Positions 23,564-37,544 of a DNA stretch of 64,000 bases are shown piece after piece. The notes under the pieces were generated by a model, which saw only the letters and a program-made list of their open reading frames with translations, did no database searches and had not been told where the DNA came from. The position numbers and the translations under genes are program-made. The stretch spans positions 154,394,741 through 154,458,740 of the forward strand of contig NC_068981.1 of assembly GCF_001194135.2 (NCBI RefSeq), given 5' to 3'. This stretch comes from Octopus bimaculoides. Taxonomy: Eukaryota. Each line of letters begins with the position of its first letter. Within the stretch, counting starts at the first letter, position 1.

Positions 23564-24991
23564 TATATAGATATATTCATATGAATTATGAATATGTGTG
23601 TGTTTGTGTATTTATTTAGTCATAAGTATGTTTATATCAAAGAATATAGGAGTCAGACATACATGTACTGAAATAATATATTCTGACCAATGTTATCTCA
23701 GATGTAATATCCTCAAGTACTCAAAAAATGGTTAGAAATAAGTAATAAATTAAGATAATTAGAATCACAATTTCTGTGTACATACTAAATATACAGAATG
23801 CAAAAACTCAGGAAAAAACTAAATCAAGTATATGTCAATACTTATTTTACACTATTTTTTCGCATGCTTATAAAACCAACAACTTGATTCTTGATCCAGT
23901 TTCATTAGATATGGCAGTAGTAATAATATGATACTAAGTCATGTGCTCTATACAGCATTTGAATGAACTGAAATACAAAATAGACTAAAAAAATATATAA
24001 ACGTTTTGAATTTGTTGGTAATTTTTTAAGGTAAAAATACTTTCAGAGAACTCAATCACATGTTAAAAAAAAGACTAGTTTTATATATATATATATATAT
24101 ATAATAAACACAACATTCTGACTGATTTAATCTAGCAAACATTAACTTGAGATGTATCTCTGTGTGCAAAGGTGTGTTTGTGTATACGTGTGAAACAATT
24201 TCTCCTTTTTAATCCTATTTATTCATATCTGTTTATCTGTTTATACTTGTTATTAGAAAATATAACCTAATGGCCATTCTCGGTACACATAGATATTCTG
24301 TAAAATAAGTTATAGCATATTTACACCGAAACAAAATGTGAGCTCTTGTAATGTCTGCAACTGTTAGTCACCTACTTCAAGTATGGAATAAAGCCAATCC
24401 ATACTAGATTAGTAGAATATCACACACCATCTCAGATCAAGTCGTTTTTTGGAAAGAGTGGTTTATGTAAGACATACATAACTAACTCTAAACAACCAAG
24501 ATGTTAAGGTTGCTTAGTAACAACCAACTCTTATTTGTTTCTTTGTATTCATATACTACTTTAACAGAACTCTTTGTTGATACATCCATTCACTTTCGTA
24601 TCTACTTTCTTACGCTAATATGGATTTATAAATGCAAGGTTATAGTCATATGAAAATATATAAATAGATTATGTGCAATTCTTGTGTTCATGTGTATGAT
24701 ATTATACATTTAGAAAGAGAAAACATGTGTTGTTCGTGTTATTTTGAAAGTCGTTTAGCAGTGGAAGTGAAGCGCAACAAACTAGGAAATGAAACCAGAT
24801 TGTCAATGACTTGATGCTTACTGTGTGTGTTTATTTCATTATTATGTCCTGCCATTATATAGATTGGGGTTCCCAAAAGTCACTATAAGTCCGAACATCT
24901 TATAGCATTTCTGTATGCTGATTATTTAAGGTTAATTTGATTAAAGGTGTTTAAAATTTGATATCCTTTGTGACATTTGAGACAGCTGCTC

Positions 24992-25028
<37 letters not shown>

Positions 25029-25241
25029 ACACACAGACACAGCTACATGCATGTAGTTGATTAAGGGAAAGAGAGAGGGGAGAGGGAGAAAGAAGAATCA
25101 GCCCCAGTACTTGTATCATATTTATCAACCTTGGAAAGATGAAAAGTGAAGATGACTTCTGAAGGATTTCATCTGTAACAAATACCATAAGGTATTCATT
25201 CTATCTATCACTCTAATACTTCTACCAATTTACTGCAATAC

Positions 25242-25296
<55 letters not shown>

Positions 25297-28200
25297 NNNN
25301 NNNNNNNNNNNNNNNNNNNNNNNNNNNNNNNNNNNNNNNNNNNNNNNNNNNNNNNNNNNNNNNNNNNNNNNNNNNNNNNNNNNNNNNNNNNNNNNNNNNN
25401 NNNNNNNNNNNNNNNNNNNNNNNNNNNNNNNNNNNNNNNNNNNNNNNNNNNNNNNNNNNNNNNNNNNNNNNNNNNNNNNNNNNNNNNNNNNNNNNNNNNN
25501 NNNNNNNNNNNNNNNNNNNNNNNNNNNNNNNNNNNNNNNNNNNNNNNNNNNNNNNNNNNNNNNNNNNNNNNNNNNNNNNNNNNNNNNNNNNNNNNNNNNN
25601 NNNNNNNNNNNNNNNNNNNNNNNNNNNNNNNNNNNNNNNNNNNNNNNNNNNNNAGTAATATGAAATAAAGTGGCTTATTCAAAGGCACATTGCATTTCTT
25701 AGTCCAGAAATCAAACCCATGGTCTTAGGAGCATAGCCCAACAGCTCAGCATCTCTAACATCTGTAACTACTCAGTGATCTGCTTTGGAGTTTGTATGTG
25801 TTTGTGTGTGTGTGTGTGTGTGTGTTTATGTATGTGTATGTCTCTGTAACAGTGTATCAACCAGACTATCAGACACTGTTATACACCACTGGTCACAATG
25901 TCCTTCCTTGCATTGTTGTAGCTTTTGAACGATGCCATCCTGCTGGCTAGGCAGGCTAACATTCTCCCTGAATGGAATGCCAGTCTATCATAGAGTTACC
26001 CTTTTACAACTGAGTAGACTGGGGTAATGTGAAATGAATTGTTTTGCTCAAAAACACAACAGACTGGTCTGGGAATCAAATCCATGATCTTGTGATCATG
26101 AGTGCAACATCCTAAACGTTAGGTCATGTACCTTCTCATTTATAAATGTATGTGTGTGTGTATATATATATGTGTGTGTGTGTTTGTGTGTGTATACACA
26201 CATTGCACACATGTATATACATGTACACATATACATGAAATGTCCAGGTTGCATATAATTAGCTTAAGTAAATTTTTATTGAAGCTTTTTTGTTTTACAT
26301 TTTAAAAGATTGAAATAAACTATTTATTAAGATACCCTCTTTTGATTAGTGTTTTCTCCTAATATGTTTTTGTATTGTTTGGTTCACTTCTTTTGCTTAG
26401 CTTTATTCTTAAACAACTCAGATACTAACCAAATGTTGAGAACAAATAATGAAGACCATTGGTATCACATGGTTTTCAAATAGTTTCTTGAAATAATTTG
26501 TTAGTATTTATATCAGAATGAAATCCGATATATTGCTGCTATATTTATGATTTTTAGTTGATTTCAACATTGTGTCCATTCATTGCCAGTTTTCATATCT
26601 GAAATGATGTTGCATATTTGTTTTCAGTAACTAATTTCAAAAACCTATTGAAACATTCCTCAATATATGCTTAGTTGAAATCCAGAGTTAAATTGACCAA
26701 CCATATGTGTTCTTTCTTAAAGTAAGCTCATGTGAATCCTCTGTGTCTTGTTTAAGACCTGATTATATGCTGGAAAGAATACCACACTTTTGGGCTTGTA
26801 AATTCAGTGCCATTTATGATACTCTTAAAATCTCTTTTGAGGTTACAGTTGCAACAATATGCAAATCTCACCATAATTTTAGATGCATTTTGTAGTCTAG
26901 TGGTAGTTTTTCTTTTTATTTCTCCCAATTGTTTCTTACCTTCTTGTGGTTAATTTCTTTAATTGATAATTAATCATACTGAAGACAGTAACTGTTTTTA
27001 GCTAACATTTAATATATATAAAACAAAAGAGTTCGGGCCCATTATCATCATCATCATCGTTTAACATCCACTCTCCATACTGGCTTGGGTTGGACTGTTT
27101 GACATGGAGCGGGCTAGCAGGGAACTGTCTGGACTCCAACTGTCTGCTATGGTATAATTTCTATTGCTGGATGCCTTTCCTAATGCCAACCACTTAACAA
27201 AGTGTGCTGGGTGCCTTTTACATGTCACTGTCATGGGTGCGTTTCATATGCAAGCTAACCCATTTATATGAAATATTTACAATGTTAAGTAAGTGTTTAC
27301 TTAACCTGTTTTATGACTCTATACTACTAACATTTTAAAATGGTCCTCAGGAACCACAATAGAGGATAACTAAGAATATCTTTGATGTAGTGTTTTCTTA
27401 AATTAAATAGATATTTTTATATGCTCTGATGATGATAATGATGGTGACGCCCAAGTAATTTAAGGTATTTGTTAGTGATATTTGTATATTATTATATATG
27501 TGTACAAGTAAAGTTAAGTTTCTTTGCCCACAAATTTACTTCAGATTTACCTAAACTAACATCAAAGGGGCCAAGAAAAAGTATCTTTAAAAAAAAATGA
27601 ATAAACATGAAAAACCTTCATGATTACAAAAGAATATTCTGTTATCTCGCTATTTATCTAAAATAGCCACCTATACACACATTAATGTGTGTGATAGTGT
27701 TGCATGATGGATTCTTTTAAAGTGATCTTACTAGGTTAAAAGTTGATAATGTATGCAACCTTGAAATTAACATTTATAGAGCAAATTATTACTATCAATG
27801 TTATATGTGCTAAGTGATATTTAAAACATTTTTGATGATTTTTGTGTCATGTGAAATTATGTATTTTAACACCAGTTGTAAAAACAACTATGTTACATAA
27901 ATGGTGTGCTTTTTTTTCGTGTTATGTTTTGAAATGTTTTGCAAATATTCTGTTTGTCTTGAAGCTTTTCTGTTGGTTAGTTTTTAACATTACTAATTAA
28001 TAGCATTTTCAATAGAAATTTTAACAACTGGAAATTACTAACTTTGATGTTTTGACATTTTGTTTCAACTGTTCAAATATCATTTTAAAAATGATACCTT
28101 TTCATTGCATTCAAATGAACCACAATAAGGCAAGAATGTAATATTTAGAGCTGATTTTTAGATCCATTCTGAATTCAGTTTTAGATAGAAATGTTTTTGG

Positions 28201-31200
28201 TCAATAATTTTAATTCAGAGTGATTTTCCTTAGTTTTTTAATATCTTGTCAATCCCTGAACCCAGTTTTAAGCCAAATTTAAGAAGCCTTGTAGTTAATG
28301 CAATTTCTAGTGTTAAGTATTTCATCTTTGAAATTAAATTTTACTGATTTGTCTGATGACATATTAAAACATTAAAACAAGTGTAAAACTATGTTTTTTC
28401 AGAAAAAATTAACTACATTTTATGATTTTTAAACCTCAGTTAAGTGAATGCATGAGACATTGTTGTAAGTCCATCTGTTATAGTTCACTAACCTTTCTGA
28501 TGGACCAAGTAAAGTAGAGAAATGTTTATTATAGTAAAATTTGAAACTGATTGTAGAGGATTTTATCTAATGAGCTTTATAGTTTTAAACTGCACTTTTT
28601 ATGTAGCTAATTTTGACTTTTATTATGTAGCTAATTATTAACTTTTAAGTCAATAATATGTTGTGTTTAGTAATGAGGGATTCTATGTGCAGTCACTCAA
28701 TTTGCTAGAAAGAGTGACCAAATTTTCCTTAAATCACATCTTCCATCAGATAATATCTGGTCTTGAAAATGGGAAAATATTAAATAATGTGATTCTAGAT
28801 ACATCATTATTTTGATGGGGGAAAAATGAGAAAATGATAGAATGGTTATGGCTGGAATTCCTTTGGTTATAGGTTTGCTCAATCAAAGCTGACCAAAGGT
28901 TAAACAATAGCTTATTTTAAAAATGAAAACTACTTATTATGTCCTTAACATCATGTTAAAAGTTTGAAGTTTATTATTATAAAATGATTCACCCCAACTT
29001 CTTTTAGAAAGGCATTTGTCTTTGTGAACATCTTAATCATTATAAACCAGCTGTATGCTTGAATATACATCTAGCCTCATTTATCATGGTGGTTTGGTTC
29101 CAAAAAAACACCATGTTAAATAAATAACACATGGGGAAAATAGGTTTCATTCTGAGACTCCAAGTTGTACCTTGACTTACCCGAATAATACCTCTAAACA
29201 GTTTTTAAATACACATGATGATATTGTTTCATGATTGGAATGATATTTAGAGTAAAATTTAATAATATATGATTAATAAAATAGCTGAAAAATGTCATCA
29301 CTGACCTGTATTATCACAGATCAATTTGTTATAAGCACAACATAGTTTACAATTGGCTGTATCATGATATCCCAGATCAGTGATGAATGAATTGGTGATA
29401 AATGAGGATAGATGTACTGTCAAAATGTTATTTTACATGGAGATACACCAAGTAGAGAAATGTGTGTTATATAGTAAAGTTTGAAATTGTGACCATAGTG
29501 ATTTTGCTTACTTAAATGCTCTTATCAACCACTTTTATAAATATTATTTCATTTGTGTTAGGAAATAAAGAAAAAAGTTTTATAAATTATGTTTTTGTGT
29601 GACTTTGCTATTGATTAATTCATTCCATTTTATGTCTTTGTTTTGGTGAACAACTGTTAAACCCTCAAATATAAAGATTGAATTTGCTTTTTAGAAACCA
29701 AAATAACTTGACCAAATAAGATTATAATAGATGTTGTTACTTCTAATTAGAAACTCTGTTTTGAGTAGATTATCTAAAAAAAAAAAAAAATATTTAAATA
29801 ATTCTATTTTGTACTGATTGATTCAAGCTTACATTTCTATTGGACAATTTTTATTAGTAGAAATTACTGTGTTGGAGTAGAAAGTATGTTCTGTATATTG
29901 GGAAGAATTCTGTGTAGAATTTCAGTAATTTAACTTTTCAAAGTTGGTATCAAGGTATTCAATGCCATATGGCATCCCAACAATGGGTACCCCCTTCAAC
30001 TAGTTGTGACTGTTAACTGGATATGGCTGGATAATAGCTTATGATATATAGTGAGCAATATTGTATCACATTTTTTGTCTTTTCTGGCACTGTGTTAGCC
30101 TTGATTACTTTTTATCAATGTCATCAGTATCTTTTATGGACTATCTTAGTAAACTTTTAATATATAGTGCTCTTTTTTTTGTTGGAACTAAAACAGCTGT
30201 CAGAATGTTTCTATTTCCCAAATTGACTGCACTACATTTTATCATTGGTCTGAAATGGCAACTCTCATTCGATATCACAAAATATTAAGTGTACGAATGA
30301 GTGATTGTATGATTATATACTGGTAGTTTTCAATACAGAAAACCATCTTGAAATATAACAAGTATTAATTACTGCTTCTGATGAGAAGCAGTTTCTGTAT
30401 TGTTCATTGACCTGTTCACTGACACAGCCAAATCTGTCTCTTCCATCGCATAACATCTGGTCTTAAATTTGTGGGATAGTATAGCTTACAGTAAGGACAA
30501 CATGAATATTGAGTTACACACTGGTATTTAAGGGTATCTCAAACTGACATGGGCTATTTCATATCCTATACTTGTAGCTAGCTTCTAATTTTTCAGTTGT
30601 CTGTCTACTACTGTACCAAGTGAAGCTAACTAAACAACAGTATATATTATATTATTATACAGAAATGTCAAAGTGGATAAATAGTTGAAAATTATTGTAA
30701 AGATATATTTGGATGATTAATCAGCTAACTTATGAAGAAAAATTTAAACAATGTAATTACCATATTTTATCAATATATATCAAGACATGATTTTAGGTAC
30801 ATGATTGTAAAAGGCAAGACCAGTGTCAGCTATCAGTTGCTGTTTTCTACAATGATTAGAAAATGTTAGTTTTAAAGTTGTTGAGCATGAATGTTTGTAT
30901 CTGTTAAAAGATAGGTAGATGAGAGCTAGAATTCCATAGAACTTATACTAGTTTTAGAATAAATAAACAAATGGTAAATTTTCAACTTAAGAATTGTAAT
31001 TTTGAATTACATAAACTATTAAAATTATGATGTAAATATTTTAATTGTAATAATTTTTTTACTATTGTTAGTTTTAACTATAAAATGTTCCATTTTAGCA
31101 TTATATTAATTTTTTTCTTATGCTGAGATCGTAAATTCAAAAACATTTGCATGGATATATGACAAAGATTTTTCTTTTATAATGAGTCTTTCCTGATGCT

Positions 31201-34200
31201 TATCACTAAGCTATACTATGGGCATATTACTTAATTTTTTTAGCTGCGTAGATGCAAGCAAATATAGTTATCCATTTATGGTGCTTAAAGCAACATTCCA
31301 TGTGTGTGGTCTATTTTAGGTTTCTAGAATGTTTAATTAATTGAATGTTGGTTTCTTATCACCAGTTAAAATGATTTTTAAATATTGTAACCAGCTTCGT
31401 TTTCTAAATTACAAGATGTTTTCTAGATTAAAATTGATTTTATTTTTAAAAGCATGAGATTGAATATTCTGAATATTAGGCCATAAACCTAATGGATTTT
31501 TAAAAATCATATTTTTGAATTCATTAGGTTTGACTACATTTAAATTAATCAACTAATCTGAGTCGAATAACAACCAGTAATAAGTTGTTAATTAGTCTAT
31601 TTCCCCTCAGATATATTAATTTTTTCTATATGTTGTAGTAATTTGGTTTAACTTTGTAGTTCCAGTTATATAGTAATTTATTTTAATAAAAAATGCAACT
31701 AAACATTCATTGAAATTTGTAAACATACTTTAATATTCCTTTGTTATTGTTGCAACTCTCAGGTTGGAAGCTCTTAAGAAGAGTGGTGAAAACGATTGGA
31801 AGAAGCGAGTCTACAAACAAAGTGATAGTCCCAGTTCTAGCCCGGATAGAGAAATGGTTAAAGCAAGGTCCCCTAGTCCTTTTAGTACACCAGTTCGCCC
31901 TATTAATCTTTCTGAAAGAATGTCTCAGTTAAAATCTTCACAGACATCGTGGAAGAATAGAGTTGAAGAGAGTGATGCCCAGTTATTTACTGTTGCAGGC
32001 AAGTTGAGTAAATCAGGTGAGTTAAAGATATGTGAGAGGCTTTTCTTCTTTTTCCTTTTTGATAATAACTATTATTTTTTGCATGAGCAACTCATAATAA
32101 AATATTTTTGTAACAAAATTCATCACTTTAATCTGAAAACCTTTTGAAAATCTTCAGCTAAAACTTTTAGACTTAAATTGTTCAATGTTTCAACAGCTTT
32201 ATTTTTGTAAGCTATGGTAATTGTGTTTAGTTTTCTACTCAGTGCCTCTGCAGTTCTTGTCCACTTTCAAATTCCATTTCTTATATATCAACAGTTTTAT
32301 GTCCTCATCATTTAACATCTGTTTTCTATGTTGGCATGGGTTGGACAGCTTTGCAGGAACTGGCAATGCCAGGGGCAGCACCAGGTTCCAGAGTTTTATA
32401 GTTACAGCTTTAATAGAAATAGGGAAGGTAGGTGGGTGTAGGATAAAAAGAGACATTTTAGTTTCCAAGTGTTGCCCATATTTTTGTAACTTAAACCTGA
32501 TTTGCGTCCAGAAAAATTAACCTCATATGCCTCTGTTTAAATTACGTTCATTTATTGAGTTATACATCTTTTAATAGGCAACATTAATTGAGCTTGAATT
32601 TAAACTAAACTCTTCTGTGAGACCTTTTCTTAGTTTCAGTTTCTCTTGTGTTGAACATATAAAAATAAATCTCTCCCTGGGTAGGTTAATCTAGCACAAA
32701 AGCTTATATTGCATGAGAGGATTTGAATTCAAATTCAAGAATGTAACAAAATTATCTGTGTAATGTCTACAGCCATCACAGGTGAATTATAACATGCACA
32801 ACATTTATTTAGAGGAAAGTAGATTCAGCTATTGGAAGATAAGCATCTTTGTCAAAAACATAAGACACTTTGTTATAGCATATGATATGGGCTTCAAATT
32901 TCTTGACTGAATGTCCTGTACATAATGGCTCCTGTATATAATGTACTCTCTGCATTATTTGTAATAATGCTAAATTTATTATTTTACAAGCCTGTGTATT
33001 ATTGGAATATTTTTTGTAAAATATTTTTGTCTTTTTAGATTCACACTTTTTATATCAAATTAACATTTATTCTTTCCATGTTTAGGTTGTGTCGTTAGAG
33101 AGAAGACTGTTTTGTCTCAAATCAAGCAGAGATCATTCACAGGTAAGTTATTTCTTTTGACATCACTTGTAAAGAAGTACAGTTAAATGATATATAATTT
33201 TTCACTGTTTATAGTCACTAGAATTTAAAGAAAGAGTTGTTAACAACAGAGATCTACTTGGGAATAGAGAAAGTCAAAGCAAAGTTTTATAAGCTGATAT
33301 TAGAAGATTTTGAAAGTACAAGTTGTATTTTGATGTAACCACAACAATTATTATTCATCAGAAATTTGCTGCCAAATTGCTTCATCACAATGTATGCAAA
33401 AAAAAATCTCACTCCACTCTGTATTGTATCAATTTTCCTCCTCTGCATTAGTAACCTCTCTGTCACTTCTAATACACATTCCTCTGCATATGGTACCACT
33501 CTTCTTTCCTCCTTTCTACCTGCAGTTTGCTATCCTTTCATGAACAGAAACCTCAAAAACATCCTACAAAACAACTGGTCATATCTTAATCTCCTTCAAT
33601 AGCACCAATACATAGTCACTACATATGTGAGGGAAACAATATCAGCACCATATTTATTAACAAAATGCAGCTAAAACCTTTAAGCTAGCTATAAGTTCTA
33701 GATCTCACACCTCTGATGATCTGTTATGGCCATCTCGAATATAAAACTGCATACTAAAAACTAAACTTCTATAGAAGCAGAAAATACTTCAGGCCTCTTA
33801 TTAATCAGTTACTAAGCCTTTGCAAAACACAAATATGACTCATATTAAATACTATTCACATATCTGGTTGGTGCTGTTGCTACACACAGAAACATCTCAA
33901 ATCATATCCAACATTCTACAACCAACACACATCCCCTTGTAACTCACTTTCCACCTTCTTATTTTCTTCAACAATAAACCTGTACCAATTGAGATTCATA
34001 ATTAATTGCACTATCTCTATCTAGTCATTAGCCAATGAAGGAACCTCTCTGTTATTGCTTGATCTAATGGATATAGCAGCAACATATCCCTCATTTTACT
34101 CCCTACTGTCTTCAAAAAGGAAGGAAATATCTGAAAGAAAAAAATGGGATGTTTATGGCTGGAATGTCTTTGGCCATAAGTCTGCTTGATCAGAGCAGAT

Positions 34201-36751
34201 CTGGGGCTGAATAGTGACAACAACCTCCTTTACCCAGTCATGCTGTTCCCTAGACTTGAAGCTTTTCAAAAAGAGCTTCTTCTACTCAGGCCTTACCACT
34301 AAAACAAATTGTATTAATTTGATCTTCACTCAAATCCCAATTTACAAAAAATACCTTTTGTGTGGAAGGGGAAATGATTTAAAATTTCAGTAGCTCATTA
34401 ACTTTTATAGTTAATAATTGATTAAATCAGTTTTCCCACTGAGAATAGATTTTCCACATCTCTATTTCAATTAATTTAACCCTTTTGTTACTGTATTTTG
34501 AGATGCTCTGCATTTCTTTCAATTGCATTAAATATAACAAAGAATTTAGTAAAATAACTTAATTATCTTTCAGCTAGTGTTAGGAACATACATTGTGACT
34601 AAGGTTTGGTGGAAGATTTTAATTAAAAACTTATGAAAACAAAACATTTGTTCTCAGAGCCAGAGCTGGTTTCAGTTGGGTTGGTAATGAAAGGGGTAAA
34701 ATTGCATTTTCTTTAATTTGAGTTATTGAAGTCTTCTCAGTTCAGTAAAATTTGTGAGTGTACATTGACTTTTTTTGTAAGAACAAAATATTTATTGTAA
34801 TATTTTAAGTTTTAAGTAGGTTTTACTTAATGATATTCTGAATGAGATATGAATGTGATATTTTATTTCAAGATTATCATGCAATTTTTTTCTCTTCCTA
34901 GAATCAGATGAATCTGGTGGTCTAATTTCACCCACTTCACCAACAAAGGCAGATTGGAAAATTCCTAAACCTACAGAAATTATTTCATCTGGTAATAGAA
35001 TTTTTCAGAATTTTATCCATTTTTATTTTGTATTTTTGTTATGATAATAAATTTGTTAATGTAGGAAGCACTCCTTTTTGACTTCTTTCCACCCTTGACA
35101 TTGTAACCACTAATGTTATCTCTAAGGTCATCTCTAGCACTAATTATATCAATAATGTAGTGACCATATCTACATTTGAGAAGTCCTTGGTCTTTAATTT
35201 ATGGCAGCTTTAACTATTAAGTTACTTTAGTACATTTGAAGTTCTGGTTTCCTGTCAATTCTGAAAACTGTTCTACTCCTTATATACATCAGCTATACAT
35301 TGTTGAGTTTCTTTTTCCTTTTCTGCAGTGTAAATAAAGTTATTTCTCACTTACCTCTGATTTTTTTATCAGTACTTAATCTTATTCTCAGTAGCCTCCA
35401 TATTTTTTGAGTGCCTTTCATCTTTTCTAGTTTCAAATTTAAGTTTTTTTTTTTCACGATGCTATTCAAGTTGTTGGCATATATAGAATGTTCTCATTGA
35501 CATTCAGTCTTGAACCACCCTGTAAGAGTGGAGGGCTGATCCTGATCTTGTTTTTAGCCTCATCATGCATGGACTAATTTTCTCCAGATTTCGAACATCT
35601 TGTTTGAAGATGTTTGTCTGCATACAAAATGTAGACTGTTAGAGACATAATGTATATTGCAGTGAATTATATGTAGCAAATTAAGGGGACCTTCAGTTAA
35701 GTGGTGAATAGGAGAATCCTTTAGAATATTGGTTCTCAACCATTTTTTGCCTATGAACCCCTTTGATTCCTCTTCTCTTCTACTAGATTTTCATAGCCAT
35801 TCGATGTGTATATAAAAACATCCCCTACTGCATTTTTATGATCAAATATTATTAGGAATTGTATACAGAAGTTAAAATATTTTGCGTATTGTAGAAGTAT
35901 AAGCAATTTATTGCTCATAAATTTCAACAAGAAAAATCTTATATGGACCCTGGTTGAAAACCCTTGCTTTAGAAATTAGGTTGAAAGGAAGACTGAAAAT
36001 AAGTAAATTGTAAAAATAGCTGTCTTTGCATTGGAAACATTGACTGGAGAAATGAATATACTGTAGAAACACCCAGATGAAAAAGTGCTGGGAATAATTA
36101 GTAGACATTCATAGGAAGATTTAACTTAAATCTGAGATCATTAAGCTGCACAGAAGGTACATCATATAACATTGTGCAAGGCGATATTGTAAATCTAAAC
36201 AAAATGTATTGTAGATGAAGCCAATATACATTAATGGGGGAGGTTAAACAGTGATAAATAAAAGGCATAAGATTGAATGTCTACAAGAATTTTCTGCACT
36301 GAAATGATCTGGAATGCAAGTTATGTTTCAGTAGTTTAAATGCTAATAAGATACTATTAAATTGGTCAAAAACATAGCATAGAGTATATACTTTAAATAG
36401 TTTGACATTAAAACATGTTTGCCATTAGGAAGTTAAGGGAGTTGGAATCTTGTGGTATCCATGTAATTCCCCAACCATTTAAAAAAGGTTACAAGTTAAA
36501 TATGAAAAATACTTTAATAATCAAGGTCATCATAAATTTGTTCCATTAATTACCGTTTCTGCCTAATGACAGCGAATTAGTTTCTAAGAACATGAAGTAC
36601 TTCACTGAATGTTTTTCTTCCGCTTGTTTTGTTTTCCTTTTCTCTGTCTGTAATGAATCTAGGTCAGTTGACTACTTTTGGTGTGTTCTCCAAAATGACA
36701 CCACTGCAGATAAAGATAAGGAGTTGAGAGACAGAATCAAAACAGTGCAGC

Positions 36752-36788
<37 letters not shown>

Positions 36789-36980
36789 TTTCACACATTC
36801 TAGAACACCCACAAAAGAATGCAGGAACTTTTTTTTTTTTATCTCAGAGCCTATTTTTATAATATCTATACACAGAGAGAAATAGTTTTGTTGCTTTTAA
36901 CATTAGAAAACTAATTAATTAGCAGATAATAAAGCATTTTCATAATTGTGTGTGTGTGTGTATGTGTGTATGTATGTGTG

Positions 36981-37028
<48 letters not shown>

Positions 37029-37490
37029 TGCATGTATGTATACCTATATATAAGTGTGAGTGTGTATCTGCATGTGTGTATGTATATTTCATCATTATTG
37101 TTTAATGTCCATATTTCCATGCTTGCATGAGTCAAACAGAGTTTATTGAGGTAGATTTTCTATAGCCAGATGCCTTTCCTGTTGTCAACCCTCACCTGTT
37201 TCCAAATAGAGTTATTTTTCTCCATGGTGAGAATATGCAGAATATTTGAAATGAATGACATTTACAACAATCATGTGATGTCAAGGCATAAACATGCACA
37301 AATGTACACATACACATACATATTGATAAGACGGCTTTCTTTCAGTTTCTGTTTACCAAATATACTTAGAAGGCTTTTGTTGATCCACAGCTATAGTAGA
37401 AGACATTTGCCCAAAATGCCATGCAATGGGATAGAATCTGAAACTATGTGACTGGGAAGTAAACTTCTTAATTACACAGCCACACTTGTG

Positions 37491-37544
<54 letters not shown>

